From Zhongshania sp. (GTDB taxonomy: Bacteria; Pseudomonadota; Gammaproteobacteria; Pseudomonadales; Spongiibacteraceae): DNA of 64,000 nucleotides. The translations under genes and the position numbers were made by a program. The DNA lies in the NCBI GenBank assembly GCA_018066965.1, contig JAGPVP010000019.1, forward strand, positions 18,403 to 82,402, read 5' to 3'. Positions 62,998-64,000 of this stretch are shown here, one piece after another (positions within the stretch are counted from its first letter, which is position 1; each line of letters begins with the position of its first letter). Under the pieces are notes generated by a model. It worked only from the letters and a program-made list of their open reading frames with translations, searched no databases and was not told where the DNA came from.

Positions 62998-63983
62998 CTC
63001 TGCATTTGAAATTGCCGCGGCGTCATACCGGTTTCACGTTTAAATGCGCGGCTAAACGCGCTTTGTTCTGAATAGCCTAGTAGCAAGGCAATCTCGCTTT
63101 GAGTGAGCCGCGCGTCGGCCAGGTATTCCTGAGCAAGCTGCATACGGATCTGCGACAGAACGTGTTTAAAAGCCAGTCCTTGATCATTTAATCGGCGAAA
63201 CAAAGTTCGCTCAGACATATTGAGCATAGCGGCCACGCCAGCAGAACCAGCTCGACCACTTTGTAAGCCACGCAATAACGCAGTGCGTAATGCTTGAATA
63301 AAACTCTCTTTTTGCGGCAATACGGCTATCGACGCCTGCGCTTGCCGCTCTAGCAGCGCCCGCAAGCCGGGGTCACTATTACTAACCGGCAAACTCAAAT
63401 ACTCAGCAGGAAAATGCAGTGCGGTATGGGGCTGGGAAAAAAACACTGGCGAGCCGAAAGACATTTCATAAACGTGGATATTTGCCGGCGGCGCAAAGGT
63501 GAAATCAACCTGAACAGGCGCCAGCGTAGAATTACTGCTCATCAGCCGAATAAAGTTTAATAAGCCTGCCAACAAGACCTCGTCAGATAAGCGAGTAGAC
63601 GGACCATAATCACTGCTCCAAAACAGCGTCATTACTCCATCATCAAGACGAATCGATGCCTTATCGCCATCATGCAAAAGACGCTGATAACGCTGGAACG
63701 CAGCCAAGGCGTCGGCGACGGTATCACTGGCCAAGGTGAGATAACCAACAACACCCAAATGGGACGAGCGCACCAACTCACCGAGCTCTAAGCCCACATG
63801 ACGATCAGGGAAGCGCGCCTGCAATTTATCCAGCAAGCCCCACCACTGCCCAAAGCTCATACGATTATTCGCGCTAAACAACTGCAATCCAGTGTATAGC
63901 TCGCAGTGAGTGTCACCCTGTTTTTCCAAATAATCCCGTAGTAAACCCGCTAAATCGCCGCTCACCTGCAACTGTGCCAGCAT
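62994..63983 (-). CDS. AraC-family transcriptional regulator (OruR/Arabinose_bd_2 type)
   Basis: N-terminal LG..GYL..AS.TV.DAL...RYQRL; C-terminal MSERTLFRRL and IALLLGYSEQSAFSRAFKRETGMTPRQF. Confidence 0.94.
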   Translation of the reverse strand: MLAQLQVSGDLAGLLRDYLEKQGDTHCELYTGLQLFSANNRMSFGQWWGLLDKLQARFPDRHVGLELGELVRSSHLGVVGYLTLASDTVADALAAFQRYQRLLHDGDKASIRLDDGVMTLFWSSDYGPSTRLSDEVLLAGLLNFIRLMSSNSTLAPVQVDFTFAPPANIHVYEMSFGSPVFFSQPHTALHFPAEYLSLPVSNSDPGLRALLERQAQASIAVLPQKESFIQALRTALLRGLQSGRAGSAGVAAMLNMSERTLFRRLNDQGLAFKHVLSQIRMQLAQEYLADARLTQSEIALLLGYSEQSAFSRAFKRETGMTPRQFQMQS

Positions 63984-64000
63984 AATTATCCCCCATGCTT

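Noticed and set aside
1-64000. tRNA/rRNA genes, IS elements, integrases, prophage or anti-phage defence genes
   Set aside because: None recognised by eye or in the ORF track; a tRNAscan/Rfam/DefenseFinder run would confirm.

Overview
Chromosomal window from a gammaproteobacterium. Gene content and order suggest a marine Cellvibrionales/Pseudomonadales-type organism (inference only). About 36 kb (10.5-46.8 kb, all minus strand) is core housekeeping: rpsB-tsf-pyrH-frr-uppS-cdsA-dxr-rseP-bamA-skp-lpxD-fabZ-lpxA-lpxB-rnhB-dnaE-accA-tilS runs directly into trmJ-iscRSUA-hscBA-fdx-iscX-ndk-rlmN-pilW-rodZ-ispG-hisS-yfgM-bamB-der. The divergent map-glnD-dapC-nth-yffB-dapD block follows. The left accessory flank holds an OmpA-domain gene end, LexA-boxed dinB, a PAKK-repeat histone-like protein, a TonB receptor-START-SDR cluster, a doubly broken TonB-receptor pseudogene and a group III truncated globin. 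The right accessory flank holds the two best candidates for an undescribed system. (1) A translationally coupled operon: AI-2E transporter, COOH-NH2 (GS-fold) amidoligase, class I glutamine amidotransferase (C26), DedA/YqaA. (2) A phosphate islet in which a Na+/Pi symporter, a 72-aa coiled-coil protein and a PstS lipoprotein (no PstCAB) converge on ppk2; both sides carry correctly spaced Pho boxes and a degenerate REP cluster lies between them. No tRNA, rRNA, CRISPR, IS or prophage was seen. Several normally invariant residues in core proteins are substituted, so consensus base errors are possible.
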